Of a DNA stretch of 53,949 nt, positions 1 through 9,776 are shown one piece after another. Every line of letters starts with the position of its first letter. Within the stretch, counting starts at the first letter, position 1. Origin of the DNA: an uncultured Faecalimonas sp. GTDB taxonomy: Bacteria > Bacillota > Clostridia > Lachnospirales > Lachnospiraceae. The stretch is taken from NCBI GenBank assembly GCA_964385995.1, contig CAYLRF010000004.1:1-53949 (forward strand), in the 5' to 3' direction. The notes below the pieces were generated by a model. It saw only the letters and a program-made list of their open reading frames with translations, did not search any database and had not been told where the DNA came from. The translations under genes were made by a program, and so were the position numbers.

Positions 1-1616
1 ACCACGCTCTCGCCGCAGTATATCTGACGCAATTTCGGCTTTTCGATCTTGCCCGTCGGGTTGCGCGGGATCTTGGCGAATATGATCTTTTTCGGGCGTT
101 TATATCTGGGAAGCTTAAGGCAGAACCTTTCGATATCCTCCTCCGAGCAGTCATATCCTTCCTTTATCTCTATGACCGCGGCCGCGATCTCGCCCAAGCG
201 TTTGTCGGGAAGCCCGATCACCGCCACGTCTTTTACTGCCTCGTATTCCCTGATAAAATCCTCGATCTGCACGGGGTAGAGATTTTCACCGCCGCTTATT
301 ATGACGTCTTTTTTCCGATCAACGAGATAGATGAAGCCGTCCTCATCCTCTCTTGCCATGTCCCCGGTATAAAGCCAGCCTTCGCCGTCCAAAACCTCGG
401 CCGTCGCTTTCGGGTCCCTGTAATAACATGTCATGACGCCCGGGCCTTTTACCGCAAGCTCTCCCACTTCTCCCCGCTTTACGGGATGTCTCTTCTCATC
501 GACGATCTTTGTCTGCCATCCGTAACCCGCTTTCCCGATCGCACCGACCTTGTCGATATTTTCCACGCCGAGATGCACGCAGCCCGGGCCTATCGACTCG
601 CTTAAGCCGTAATTCGTGTCGTACTCATGATTCGGGAAATATTTCTTCCAGCGCCTTATAAGACTCGGCGGCACGGGCTGAGCTCCGATATGCATGAGGC
701 GCCACTGACCAAGCTCATAGTCGGAAAGCTTCACGTCACCTCGATCCAGCGCGTCCAGTATATCCTGGGCCCACGGGACGAGAAGCCATACTATGGTGCA
801 TCCTTCCCTCGATACGGTGCGAAGTATCACGTCGGGTTTGGTCCCTTTAAGAAGTACCGCCTTCCCGCCCTCCAGGAAGCTCCCGAACCAGTGCATCTTG
901 GCTCCCGTGTGATATAGAGGAGGTATGCAAAGGAAGATGTCGTCCTTCGTGGTGCCGTGATGCTTCTGCTCCACCTTGCAGGAATGCATGAGACTTCTGT
1001 GCTTATGCAATATGGCTTTCGGAAATCCCGTCGTGCCGGAGGAGAAATAGATGGCCGCGTCATCGTCGTCCGTAAGCTTTATCTTCGGCGACTCGCTCGG
1101 ACAGTTCACCGTCTGTGAAAAATAATCCTCGGCGTAGGACGGGGGATTTTGCCCCACGTAAAAAAGTAATACCCTCTCCATGATATCGTCCGCGATTTCC
1201 TCCACCCTTCCTATAAACTCCGGGCCGAACACGAGCACATCGGCCTCCGCGAGTTCGACGCAGTATTTGATTTCATCCGCCGAATAGCGGAAATTAAGTG
1301 GCACGGCTAAGGCGCCCGTCTTTAAAGCTCCGAAATATATGGGCAGCCACTCAAGGCTGTTCATGAGAAGTATCGCCACCTTATCGCCTTTTTTGACGCC
1401 GCATTTTAAGAGGAGATTCGCGAAACGGTTCGACTTCTCGTTAAACACGTTCCACGTAATCTCCCTCCTGTAATACGACGGCGAATTGGGCTCTATAAGA
1501 TCGTAATCCTTCCATGTGCGCCTTACTGTATCCTTAACCTCGGGATTTACTTCCACAAGACATATATCGTCACCGTACAGCTTGCAATTTCGCTCAAGAA
1601 TCTCCGTTACAGGCAT
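1..1616 (-). CDS. AMP-dependent acyl-CoA synthetase/ligase (3' end runs off the window)
   Basis: Own minus-strand translation from ATG 1616-1614 (GGAGG 9 nt upstream): MPVTEILERNCKLYGDD... AMP-binding motifs present: IYFSSGTTGFPKAI, YTGD, DRKKDVIISGGENLYP, PRNPTGKI. The frame is open to position 1. It is absent from the ORF track because there is no stop in the window. Confidence 0.85.
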   Translation of the reverse strand, partial: MPVTEILERNCKLYGDDICLVEVNPEVKDTVRRTWKDYDLIEPNSPSYYRREITWNVFNEKSNRFANLLLKCGVKKGDKVAILLMNSLEWLPIYFGALKTGALAVPLNFRYSADEIKYCVELAEADVLVFGPEFIGRVEEIADDIMERVLLFYVGQNPPSYAEDYFSQTVNCPSESPKIKLTDDDDAAIYFSSGTTGFPKAILHKHRSLMHSCKVEQKHHGTTKDDIFLCIPPLYHTGAKMHWFGSFLEGGKAVLLKGTKPDVILRTVSREGCTIVWLLVPWAQDILDALDRGDVKLSDYELGQWRLMHIGAQPVPPSLIRRWKKYFPNHEYDTNYGLSESIGPGCVHLGVENIDKVGAIGKAGYGWQTKIVDEKRHPVKRGEVGELAVKGPGVMTCYYRDPKATAEVLDGEGWLYTGDMAREDEDGFIYLVDRKKDVIISGGENLYPVQIEDFIREYEAVKDVAVIGLPDKRLGEIAAAVIEIKEGYDCSEEDIERFCLKLPRYKRPKKIIFAKIPRNPTGKIEKPKLRQIYCGESV

Positions 1617-1653
1617 GTTAATCATCCTCCCCGATGTCCGTTTCCGATCGGAC

Positions 1654-2634
1654 TCATTTATAAGATTTTTTCTTTTCGGCTTCCTTCTGCTCAAGAAAAT
1701 ATCCGAATATGTGAAGGCTAAGCTTCATGACATTATGCCGAAGAAGATTGTTTCTCACCTCGACATAATCTCCTTTAATCACCTTGCCCGCGAGTTTTTC
1801 GGTCTCCTCAAGGTCAAGTACGACGGGATCCTTTTGCTCTAGGGACTCATATCTTCGGGCCATCTTCTCATCTATAATCCCGTCGTTTGCGACCACGACG
1901 TCGATCTTTCGCTTTCCGAGACAGCGGTTTAAGAGCCGCACGTGATCGGAAACCTTAAAGCCGTCCGTCTCCCCCGGCTGAGTCATCATGTTGCTGACGT
2001 ACATGATACTGCCCTTACAGTCGTCTATCGCGCTTACTATCTCATCGCAGAGAAGATTCGGCATGATGCTCGTAAAAAGACTGCCCATGCTGAGTATGAT
2101 AAGATCCGCCTCTTTCAGCGCGTCCACGGCCTCTTTCGTGGGAACGGCGCTCTCTTTATAATAAACGCGCCTTATCTTCTGTCGGCTCGCGGTGATCTCA
2201 TGCTCTCCTTCTATGACGGTGCCGTCTTCCATCTCTCCCATAAGCACCACGTTGTCCTCGGTAAGCGGCACCACTCGGCCCTTCAGATTAAAAACCCGGC
2301 TGAGCGCCTCGATACCGTCCGAGAGATTCCCCGTGACGGCGCTTGACGCGGTAAGAAGGAGGTTCCCTATCGTATGTCCGTCCAGATCGCTGGTGGTGTG
2401 AAAACGATAGTTAAAAAGATCCATCACGAGCGGCTCCGTCTCGGAAAGCGCCGCGAGGACTCTTCTTATGTCTCCCACGGCGGGGATGTTAAATTCCTCC
2501 CTTAGGATACCCGTGCTTTTGCCGTCGTCACAGACAGAGACGATGGCCGTAAGCTCGATGGGAAATTCCTTAAGTCCGCGAAGCAGGGTCGCCGAGCCCG
2601 TTCCGCCTCCTAAGACGACTACCTTGCCTTCCAT
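1654..2634 (-). CDS. yvcK: YvcK-family gluconeogenesis factor (CofD-like, UPF0052)
   Basis: Track ORF 1654..2685. The sequence KVVVLGGGTGSATLLRGLK...SVCDDGKSTG is typical of YvcK/CofD-like proteins. I prefer the internal ATG at 2634, which has AAGGAG 8 nt upstream, over 2685. Confidence 0.8.
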   Translation of the reverse strand: MEGKVVVLGGGTGSATLLRGLKEFPIELTAIVSVCDDGKSTGILREEFNIPAVGDIRRVLAALSETEPLVMDLFNYRFHTTSDLDGHTIGNLLLTASSAVTGNLSDGIEALSRVFNLKGRVVPLTEDNVVLMGEMEDGTVIEGEHEITASRQKIRRVYYKESAVPTKEAVDALKEADLIILSMGSLFTSIMPNLLCDEIVSAIDDCKGSIMYVSNMMTQPGETDGFKVSDHVRLLNRCLGKRKIDVVVANDGIIDEKMARRYESLEQKDPVVLDLEETEKLAGKVIKGDYVEVRNNLLRHNVMKLSLHIFGYFLEQKEAEKKKSYK

Positions 2635-2721
2635 GTCGTCTGCTCCTTTTAGTATGTTTCTAAAGAAAAAGCCGCCGACCGCCATAATAGCGGACGGCAG
2701 GCTTTCGCTTTCGTTCCTGTC

Positions 2722-4113
2722 CTACTTATTGCCCTTTATATATTCGTCGATACCCTTCGCCGCGGCCTTCCCCGCCCCCATGGCGAGGATTACCGTCGCC
2801 GCGCCGGTCACCGCGTCTCCGCCGGCGTAAACCGCTTCTTTTGAGGTCTTTCCCGTTTCTTCCTCGGCGATGATACATTTTCTCTTATTTACGTCAAGGC
2901 CCTCGGTGGTGGATGAGATGAGCGGGTTCGGAGACGTGCCGAGCGCCATGATGACGGTGTCAAGTTCCATGTCAAATTCGGAGCCTTCTATCGGCTCGGG
3001 CCTTCTTCTTCCCGAGCTGTCAGGCTCTCCCAGACGCATCTTTATGCATTTCATGCCTTTTACCGCTCCGTTTTCATCCGCCATGATCTCGACGGGATTC
3101 GTGAGAAGATCAAAGATGATGCCTTCCTCTTTCGCGTGATGGACTTCCTCGGCCCTCGCGGGAAGCTCGCTCTCGCTGCGGCGGTATACGATATGCACGT
3201 CGGCGCCCAGACGAAGAGCCGTCCTCGCGGCGTCCATGGCCACATTTCCTCCGCCGACCACCGCCACCTTTTTGCCGGAAACGATGGGAGTGTCGTAATC
3301 ATCGTCATAGGCTTTCATGAGATTTGAGCGGGTAAGATACTCATTCGCGGAAAAGACTCCGTTCGCGTTCTCACCCGGTATGCCCATAAACTTCGGAAGC
3401 CCGGCGCCGGAGCCGATAAATACCGCCTCGTATCCCTCATCCTCGAGAAGCTCGTCTATCGTGACGGATTTTCCGACCACCACGTCGGTCTCGAATTTCA
3501 CGCCGAGATCCTTTACTTTCGCTATCTCCTTTGCCACCACCTTTTCTTTCGGAAGACGAAACTCGGGTATGCCGTACACCAGCACTCCCCCGGGTTCGTG
3601 CATGGCCTCAAATACCGTCACCAAATATCCCGCTCTCGCAAGTTCCCCCGCGCAGGTAAGTCCAGCGGGGCCGGAGCCTATAACAGCTACCCTGTGACCG
3701 TTTTTTTCTTTCGCGGCCTCAAGACCGATTGAATGGCTAAGCGCGTAATCGGCGGCGAATCTCTCAAGCTTACCTATGGACACGGGCTCGCCTTTTATTC
3801 CCCTTATGCACTGACCCTCGCACTGACTTTCCTGAGGGCAGACACGGCCGCAGACGGCGGGAAGCGACGATGACTTTCCTATCACTTTATATGCCCCTTC
3901 GGGATCGCCTTCTTTTATCTTTCCTATAAATCCCGGAATATCTATCGACACCGGACAGCCCGCGACGCACCGGGGATTTTTACAGTTAAGGCACCTCGCG
4001 GCCTCAGACGCCGCCTCATCGGCGTCATATCCGAAGCATACCTCGTCGAAATTTTTCGCCCTCACGGCGGGTTCCTGTTCCCTGACGGGGACTTTTTTTA
4101 ACATGTCGCTCAT
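2722..4113 (-). CDS. nfnB: NADPH-dependent glutamate synthase small-chain-like oxidoreductase (NfnB-type subunit)
   Basis: 463 aa. N-terminal double Cys clusters (CLNCKNPRCVAGCP, CGRVCPQESQCEGQC). Two dinucleotide folds (VAVIGSGPAGL, VAVVGGGNVAMD). Overlaps the upstream partner gene by 1 nt. Confidence 0.8.
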   Translation of the reverse strand: MSDMLKKVPVREQEPAVRAKNFDEVCFGYDADEAASEAARCLNCKNPRCVAGCPVSIDIPGFIGKIKEGDPEGAYKVIGKSSSLPAVCGRVCPQESQCEGQCIRGIKGEPVSIGKLERFAADYALSHSIGLEAAKEKNGHRVAVIGSGPAGLTCAGELARAGYLVTVFEAMHEPGGVLVYGIPEFRLPKEKVVAKEIAKVKDLGVKFETDVVVGKSVTIDELLEDEGYEAVFIGSGAGLPKFMGIPGENANGVFSANEYLTRSNLMKAYDDDYDTPIVSGKKVAVVGGGNVAMDAARTALRLGADVHIVYRRSESELPARAEEVHHAKEEGIIFDLLTNPVEIMADENGAVKGMKCIKMRLGEPDSSGRRRPEPIEGSEFDMELDTVIMALGTSPNPLISSTTEGLDVNKRKCIIAEEETGKTSKEAVYAGGDAVTGAATVILAMGAGKAAAKGIDEYIKGNK

Positions 4114-5000
4114 TATTTTTCACCTCCGCATACACCGCAGCCGCCGTTATGAGTATCGCCCTCACGAAGCTTAAGAAGGGCTCTTCCCTCTTCCGTGCGA
4201 TACATCTGCTGACGTTTCATCGCCTGATCAAAATCCACCGCCGCGCCGTCAAACTCGGGCCCGTCGACACAGGCGAACTTTACCTCTCCTCCCACGCTCA
4301 GTCTGCACGCTCCGCACATGCCTGTTCCGTCCACCATAATGGGGTTCATGCTGACTATCGTGGGGATACCGAGCTTCTTCGTAAGTAAAGATACGAATTT
4401 CATCATTATCATGGGGCCTATCGCGACGCAGACATCGTATTTTTCGCCTCCGTTTACCAGTTCCTCTATCATGGTCGTGACCATACCCGCGTGTCCGTAT
4501 GTCCCGTCATCCGTGCAGGGATAAAAATTCCCCGCGACGCTTCGCATTTCTTCTTCCAATATCATGAGGTCCTTCGTCTTTGACCCCACTATGACGTCGG
4601 AGGATATGCCTCTTTCGCGCAGCCATTTCACCTGCGGATAGACGGGCGCGGCGCCCACGCCTCCGCCTACGAAGAGATATTTTTTCTTTTTTAAATCTTC
4701 TGTATTCTCCCGGACGAATTTTGACGGTTGGCCCAAAGGCCCCACGACGTCCCTAAATGAGTCGCCCTCCTTTAATCTCGCCATCTTCTCCGTGGATGCC
4801 CCGACCGTCTGAAAGACTATCGAAACGGTTCCTTTCGCCGCGTCATAGTCGCAGACCGTAAGTGGGATCCTCTCGCCCCTGTCATCGATTCTCACGATGA
4901 GAAACTGTCCCGGCAGACAAGATCTCGCGACACGCGGCGCCTCGACATCCATGAGGTAGATCTTATCCGCCAACTTCTCCGCCTTCACTATCCTGTACAT
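4113..5000 (-). CDS. nfnA: Sulfide/dihydroorotate dehydrogenase-like FAD/NAD-binding protein (NfnA-type subunit)
   Basis: 295 aa, PyrK-like. Has a C-terminal 2Fe-2S motif (GTGMCGACR...FACVDGPEF). Paired with the GltD-like gene as in NfnAB. Confidence 0.8.
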   Translation of the reverse strand: MYRIVKAEKLADKIYLMDVEAPRVARSCLPGQFLIVRIDDRGERIPLTVCDYDAAKGTVSIVFQTVGASTEKMARLKEGDSFRDVVGPLGQPSKFVRENTEDLKKKKYLFVGGGVGAAPVYPQVKWLRERGISSDVIVGSKTKDLMILEEEMRSVAGNFYPCTDDGTYGHAGMVTTMIEELVNGGEKYDVCVAIGPMIMMKFVSLLTKKLGIPTIVSMNPIMVDGTGMCGACRLSVGGEVKFACVDGPEFDGAAVDFDQAMKRQQMYRTEEGRALLKLREGDTHNGGCGVCGGEK

Positions 5001-5062
5001 AAAGCTCTCCGTTCCGCCGCCTTAAATCACAGCGGCTTTTTTCAACTTCCGCCTGTAAAACT

Positions 5063-5926
5063 TTACCGACCGCCTGTTATACCCGCCTGCATTTTCGCTC
5101 CTTCCACGCAGTTTTTCATCAGCATCGCTATGGTCATAGGCCCCACTCCTCCCGGAACGGGGGTAATATAGCCCGCTTTTTTTGCCGCGCTTTCAAAATC
5201 CACGTCACCCGAGAGCCTGCCGTCTTCGCCCCTGTGTATGCCGACGTCGATGACGGCCGCGCCTTCCTTTACATAATCTCCCGTTATGAGCCCGCGTTTT
5301 CCCGCGGCCACCACCAGTATGTCCGCCCGCCTAGCGACTTCCTTAAGATTTACAGTGCGTGAATGCGCGACCGTGACGGTCCCGTTTTCCTTTAAAAGAA
5401 GCTGCGCCATCGGTTTTCCGACGATGTTGCTGCGGCCTATGACGACGCACTCTTTGCCCTCGATCGTTATGCCGCTTCGCTTAAGAAGACATATGACTCC
5501 CGCCGGCGTGCAGGGAAGATACACGGCCTTTCCGAGACTTAGGTTGCCCACGTTCACGGGATGAAAGCCGTCCACGTCCTTTAAGGGCGAAATGGCGTTT
5601 ATCACCGCATTCTCATCGATACCGGCAGGAAGCGGCAACTGCACCAATATGCCGGTCACTTCCCCGTCCTCATTTAATCTTTTAATCAGGCTTAAAAGCT
5701 CCTCTTCGGTCACAGTCTCGCCAAGCTCATATGAGAGCGACTTGATGCCTACGTATTCACACGCTCTTTTCTTATTTCTCACGTATACCGACGAGGCGGG
5801 ATCGCTTCCCACCTGTATCACGGCGAGCGCCGGTTTTACGCCGCATCCGGTAAGCTGCGCCGTCTCAAGTTTCAGCTCGTCTTTAATCAGCGATGAGATC
5901 GCCTTGCCGTCTATTATTTGCGCCAT
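5063..5926 (-). CDS. folD: Bifunctional methylenetetrahydrofolate dehydrogenase/cyclohydrolase
   Basis: 287 aa. MAQIIDGKAIS..., VQLPLP, GRSNIVGKP and TPVPGGVGPMT are classic FolD motifs. Confidence 0.95.
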   Translation of the reverse strand: MAQIIDGKAISSLIKDELKLETAQLTGCGVKPALAVIQVGSDPASSVYVRNKKRACEYVGIKSLSYELGETVTEEELLSLIKRLNEDGEVTGILVQLPLPAGIDENAVINAISPLKDVDGFHPVNVGNLSLGKAVYLPCTPAGVICLLKRSGITIEGKECVVIGRSNIVGKPMAQLLLKENGTVTVAHSRTVNLKEVARRADILVVAAGKRGLITGDYVKEGAAVIDVGIHRGEDGRLSGDVDFESAAKKAGYITPVPGGVGPMTIAMLMKNCVEGAKMQAGITGGR

Positions 5927-6059
5927 ATTTTTTAAGTCCTTTCATTTGCTGCCCTTTAAGCCGCAATACCGTCCTTTAGGCCGTCTTACCGTCTTAAAGG
6001 TTTTCGCTATATCGGGATCCTGCTTCGGTCTTATACTTCCTCTCCGATTATTTCCGGCT

Positions 6060-8624
6060 TTATGTCTGATCCCGCGCGAGATAATTCTCGAACTGCTCCA
6101 TGTTCATCAGTATGTTGCGCGGCTTCGTGCCTTCCTCCTCTCCCACGACTCCGGCGTCGCAGAGCTGATCCATGATCCTCGCGGCTCTGTTAAATCCTAT
6201 CTTAAAGATCCTTTGCAGCATCCCTATGGAGGCTTTGTCCTTCTCTATGATAAATTTCCCCGCGTCCGCGAAATACGGATCGACGTCGTTTCTTTCGTCA
6301 TTAGTATCCGGCGTATCCGCCGCGCCGGCCGACGTGATATGCCTCTCCACTTCATCATCATAAGCTTCGCCGTCGGTATGCTCCTTTAGAAAGTCCACTA
6401 CCGACTCCACTTCCTTATCGGACACATAGGAACCCTGCACCCTGACGGGTTTCGGATAGCCGGTGGGATAAAAGAGCATGTCGCCCTTACCTAAGAGTTT
6501 CTCGGCTCCGTTCATGTCTATGATGGTTCTGGAATCGACACCGCTTACCACGGAAAACGCGATACGGGAAGGCATGTTCGCCTTAATAAGACCTGTGATG
6601 ACATTCACCGAAGGCCTCTGCGTGGCTATCACAAGATGTATGCCGGCCGCCCTCGCCAGCTGTGCGAGCCTGCAGATGACATCCTCCACATCTTTCGGCG
6701 CGACCATCATAAGATCCGCGAGCTCATCCACTATTATGACGATCTGGGGCAATTTCTTCGGTTTTTCTTCATCGTCGGCGCCGGAAAGCGACTCCACCGC
6801 CTCGTTGTATCCCTTTATGTCCCGCACATTCATCTCGGCGAATTTCTGATAACGATCCGTCATCTCTGCGACCGCCCAATTTAAGGCGCCCGTGGCCTTT
6901 TTGGGATCCGTAACCACGGGTATGAGAAGGTGCGGTATGCCGTTATAGACTTTTAATTCCACTACTTTCGGATCGATCATTATAAAGCGAACCTCATCCG
7001 GAGTCGCCTTATAAAGGATACTTACGATGATGGTGTTTATGCAGACCGATTTGCCCGAACCTGTAGCGCCCGCTATAAGTAAATGCGGCATGGTGGCGAT
7101 ATCGGCCACAACCGGCTTTCCCGTTATGTCGCGGCCCACGGCGAAGGCTATCTTTGAGGACTGTCTCGTAAATTCCGGGGACTCCAGGATGTCGCGCAGC
7201 ATGACGGCCGAATTCTCGTCGTTTGGCACCTCTATGCCCACCGCCGCTTTGCCGGGTATCGGAGCCTCTATACGGATATCGGGCACCGCGAGATTTAACT
7301 TTATGTCATTGGCAAGCGCCACTATCCGGCTGACCTTTACGCCCTGCTCCGGCAAAAGCTCGTATCTGGTCACGGCGGGGCCGCGGCTGACGTCTGTCAC
7401 AGTGACATTGACATTAAAATTCATCAAAGTCTGCTGCAGCTTCATGGCTGTCCGGCGCAAATGCTCGCTCGAGTCGCCGCCGCCTTTGCTTCCCTTTCGA
7501 AGAAGTGACATGGGAGGATAATGATATTTCGCCTCATCTTTTCCCGTCGGTCTCGCGGCGGTTATGACGAGCTGCCCTGACTCCTCCTGGCTGGTCCGCA
7601 TTTCTTTCGCGGCGCCTTCCCTGCCTTTTGTTCCCGAGGCGGAGCGTTTATCAGCCATCTTAATCCCCGGTATCTCACAGGTCCCGTACCCGGCCTTATC
7701 GGACGATTCATACAACGCGTTTTTATGAAGACCGGCGCTTACGCCTGATACGTCCGATGTCCCGGAGGCGGCCGCGTCTCGAGCGTCATCCTCATCAAAG
7801 GGAAGCGGCTCTTTCGTGTCGGAGGCGTCTTTTTCCTTTTCCTTTGTTATCTCGGTATTGCGGGAGACGCCTGTGTAAGTCTTATCTTTTCTTCGTGTCT
7901 TTATCTTTCTTTCGCCGAGGGCGGCATTTTCATCCGCGTCCGGGTCCGTTTTGCCGCGGCCCGTATCCCCCCTCGTTTTACGCGCCGCGCCGGATGCGGG
8001 TTCTCCCCCATCTTCCTCATCGTCTCCACCGCGTCTTTTGGAATTATCCCTCACGGAGTCGCGGATCTTTCTTCCGCCGTTTTTTATACCGCCTATGAGA
8101 GACTTCTCGGTAATTATCACAAAGCATATGACGCAAACGGCAAGCACCACGATCCACGTGCCTACCTTCCCCACTGAGGGGCGAAGCATATTCACGAACA
8201 TACCGCCCAAAATCCCGCCGCCGTCACGGTGAAGTTTCGACATGCGAAAATAATCGCCAAGAGAAGTCCCCTTCTCATAATCTCCCGTAACTATCTGGAA
8301 AATCGTGCAGATCATAAGGCAGAAGACAAAGCAGGCCGCCGCTTTCACGTAAGCTATGTAATTGCCCTTATTTGAAACGAAAAAGGCGACCCCGATAAAT
8401 AAAAATATCGGCACGATGTAGGCGATGAAGCCGAACATGCCGAATAAAAAGTCTGAGCAGGCGTCCCCTATAAAGCCGCAGAGACCGAAGTTCGCGAACA
8501 TAAGAAAAAGACATACCGCGAGTGAAACAAGGATCGCTATCTCTCTTCCGATACGCGGCGACTTTTTACCCGTCTTATTTCGGGCGGCGCCCGCTGAAGT
8601 CTTTTTCTTTCGTCCGGACGCCAT
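6060..8624 (-). CDS. ftsK: DNA translocase FtsK/SpoIIIE
   Basis: N-terminal TM helices, a long charged linker, a Walker A motif (GATGSGKS) and a C-terminal gamma domain. Start chosen at ATG 8624 (AAGGGAG 6 nt upstream). The track start at 8663 lies inside a tandem repeat. Confidence 0.9.
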   Translation of the reverse strand: MASGRKKKTSAGAARNKTGKKSPRIGREIAILVSLAVCLFLMFANFGLCGFIGDACSDFLFGMFGFIAYIVPIFLFIGVAFFVSNKGNYIAYVKAAACFVFCLMICTIFQIVTGDYEKGTSLGDYFRMSKLHRDGGGILGGMFVNMLRPSVGKVGTWIVVLAVCVICFVIITEKSLIGGIKNGGRKIRDSVRDNSKRRGGDDEEDGGEPASGAARKTRGDTGRGKTDPDADENAALGERKIKTRRKDKTYTGVSRNTEITKEKEKDASDTKEPLPFDEDDARDAAASGTSDVSGVSAGLHKNALYESSDKAGYGTCEIPGIKMADKRSASGTKGREGAAKEMRTSQEESGQLVITAARPTGKDEAKYHYPPMSLLRKGSKGGGDSSEHLRRTAMKLQQTLMNFNVNVTVTDVSRGPAVTRYELLPEQGVKVSRIVALANDIKLNLAVPDIRIEAPIPGKAAVGIEVPNDENSAVMLRDILESPEFTRQSSKIAFAVGRDITGKPVVADIATMPHLLIAGATGSGKSVCINTIIVSILYKATPDEVRFIMIDPKVVELKVYNGIPHLLIPVVTDPKKATGALNWAVAEMTDRYQKFAEMNVRDIKGYNEAVESLSGADDEEKPKKLPQIVIIVDELADLMMVAPKDVEDVICRLAQLARAAGIHLVIATQRPSVNVITGLIKANMPSRIAFSVVSGVDSRTIIDMNGAEKLLGKGDMLFYPTGYPKPVRVQGSYVSDKEVESVVDFLKEHTDGEAYDDEVERHITSAGAADTPDTNDERNDVDPYFADAGKFIIEKDKASIGMLQRIFKIGFNRAARIMDQLCDAGVVGEEEGTKPRNILMNMEQFENYLARDQT

Positions 8625-8660
8625 CAGCGTCTCCCTTCTTTTTATGACGGCACGCGCCTT

Positions 8661-8769
8661 CATCCTTGCCCGGCCGCGAAAAATCAGCCCACGCTTTCAT
8701 CCTGCCCGGCCGCGAAAAATCAGCCCACGCTTTCATCCTGCCCGGCCGCGAACCATCAGCACGCGCTTT
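8661..8769 (-). repeat. Tandem repeat, 3 copies of a 36-37 bp unit
   Basis: Plus strand: CATCCTTGCCCGGCCGCGAAAAATCAGCCCACGCTTT (8661-8697), a near-identical 36-mer (8698-8733), and a diverged third copy (8734-8769). Confidence 0.9.
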
Positions 8770-8903
8770 CTTTTGTGGCACTCTGACGCTGAATCGGCGC
8801 GGAGCCGTTTATCACCGTCAACCCGACCCGGTGCACCCCTAAGGAGAACGCCGCCCGGGAGGAGTACCGCAACGGCTCGCCCGACTCGCATCCCCGCCGG
8901 GGT

Positions 8904-9635
8904 TTACTCATCCCAGTTATGATATACTTCCTGAACGTCATCGTCATCCTCAAGCATGTCAAGGGTCTTTCTGATGTTTTTGATATCAGCCTCGTCCGTA
9001 AGTGTCACGTATGTCTGCGGAAGCATGGTAACCTCGGCCTCGGCCATGGGTATACCCGCTTTCTCCAGAGCCTCGCGGACTTCGCCGAAAGTCTCGGGGG
9101 AGGTCAGGATCTCGAAGCTGTCTTCCTCCTCGTTAAAGTCCTCGGCCCCCGCCTCCAGCGCCGTCATCATAAGTTCGTCCCCGTCCGCCTCATATTCTTC
9201 CCTGTCGATGATGATCTGGCCCTTCTTATCGAACATGAAGGATACGCAGCCGGGCGTGCCCACATTGCCGTTTCCCTTGGCGAACGCGCTGCGGATATTC
9301 GAGGCGGTGCGGTTCTTGTTATCTGTCAGGGCGTCCACTATGATGGCGGTGCCTCCAGGTCCGTAGCCCTCATACGTGATATGCTCGTAATTCGCGGCAG
9401 AAGCGTCTCCCGCCGCCTTCTTAATGCTGCGATCGATATTGTCATTCGGCATGTTGTTCGCCTTCGCTTTCGCGATGGCGTCTCTTAAGCGGCTGTTGAC
9501 CGTGGGGTCGGGGCCGCCTCCCTCTTTTACGGCAACTGCCAGTTCTCGTCCGATCTTGGTAAATACCTTTCCCTTAACCGCGTCGTTTTTTTCTTTCTTG
9601 TGTTTGATGTTTGAAAATTTGGAATGTCCCGACAT
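8904..9635 (-). CDS. yebC: YebC/PmpR-family transcriptional regulator
   Basis: 243 aa. [27 protein letters not shown] is the canonical YebC N-terminus. Confidence 0.95.
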   Translation of the reverse strand: MSGHSKFSNIKHKKEKNDAVKGKVFTKIGRELAVAVKEGGGPDPTVNSRLRDAIAKAKANNMPNDNIDRSIKKAAGDASAANYEHITYEGYGPGGTAIIVDALTDNKNRTASNIRSAFAKGNGNVGTPGCVSFMFDKKGQIIIDREEYEADGDELMMTALEAGAEDFNEEEDSFEILTSPETFGEVREALEKAGIPMAEAEVTMLPQTYVTLTDEADIKNIRKTLDMLEDDDDVQEVYHNWDE

Positions 9636-9642
9636 GACCTTG

Positions 9643-9680
9643 CCTTTCCCTCTTTCCCGGCCCGCGGCTTAATTTTAAGC
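9643..9680 (-). repeat. Degenerate copy of the hairpin + GGGAAAGAGG module (family 1)
   Basis: Coding-strand read: palindrome GCTTAAAATTAAGC, then CGCGGGCCGGGAAAGAGGGAAAGG, then 7 nt to the yebC ATG. Confidence 0.4.
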
Positions 9681-9730
9681 GCCAAGGGAATTTGTATTTC
9701 CCCCGTGTTTATGAAGCCTGAACCGTCTTT

Positions 9731-9759
9731 ATTTTATCACTTTCGGTGTCCTTTGTATA
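9731..9759 (-). promoter_or_regulatory. Candidate sigma-A promoter for yebC
   Basis: Coding-strand read: TATACA, 17-nt spacer, TAAAAT, with TG one nt upstream of the -10 (extended -10). Confidence 0.4.
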
Positions 9760-9776
9760 TGACGGGATACGCGCCG

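Noticed and set aside
5592-6389. 265-aa plus-strand ORF, and similar long plus-strand ORFs (e.g. 7027-7521, 8425-8922, 9820-10122)
   Set aside because: They lie entirely antisense to well-supported minus-strand genes (folD, ftsK, nnr). They have Ser/Pro/Ala/Arg-rich composition typical of GC-rich shadow frames, with no SD and no recognisable motifs.
8575-8781. 68-aa minus-strand ORF translating the 36-bp repeats (MKAWADFSRPGR x2)
   Set aside because: It exists only because the repeat length is a multiple of 3. It overlaps the ftsK start in another frame and has no SD.
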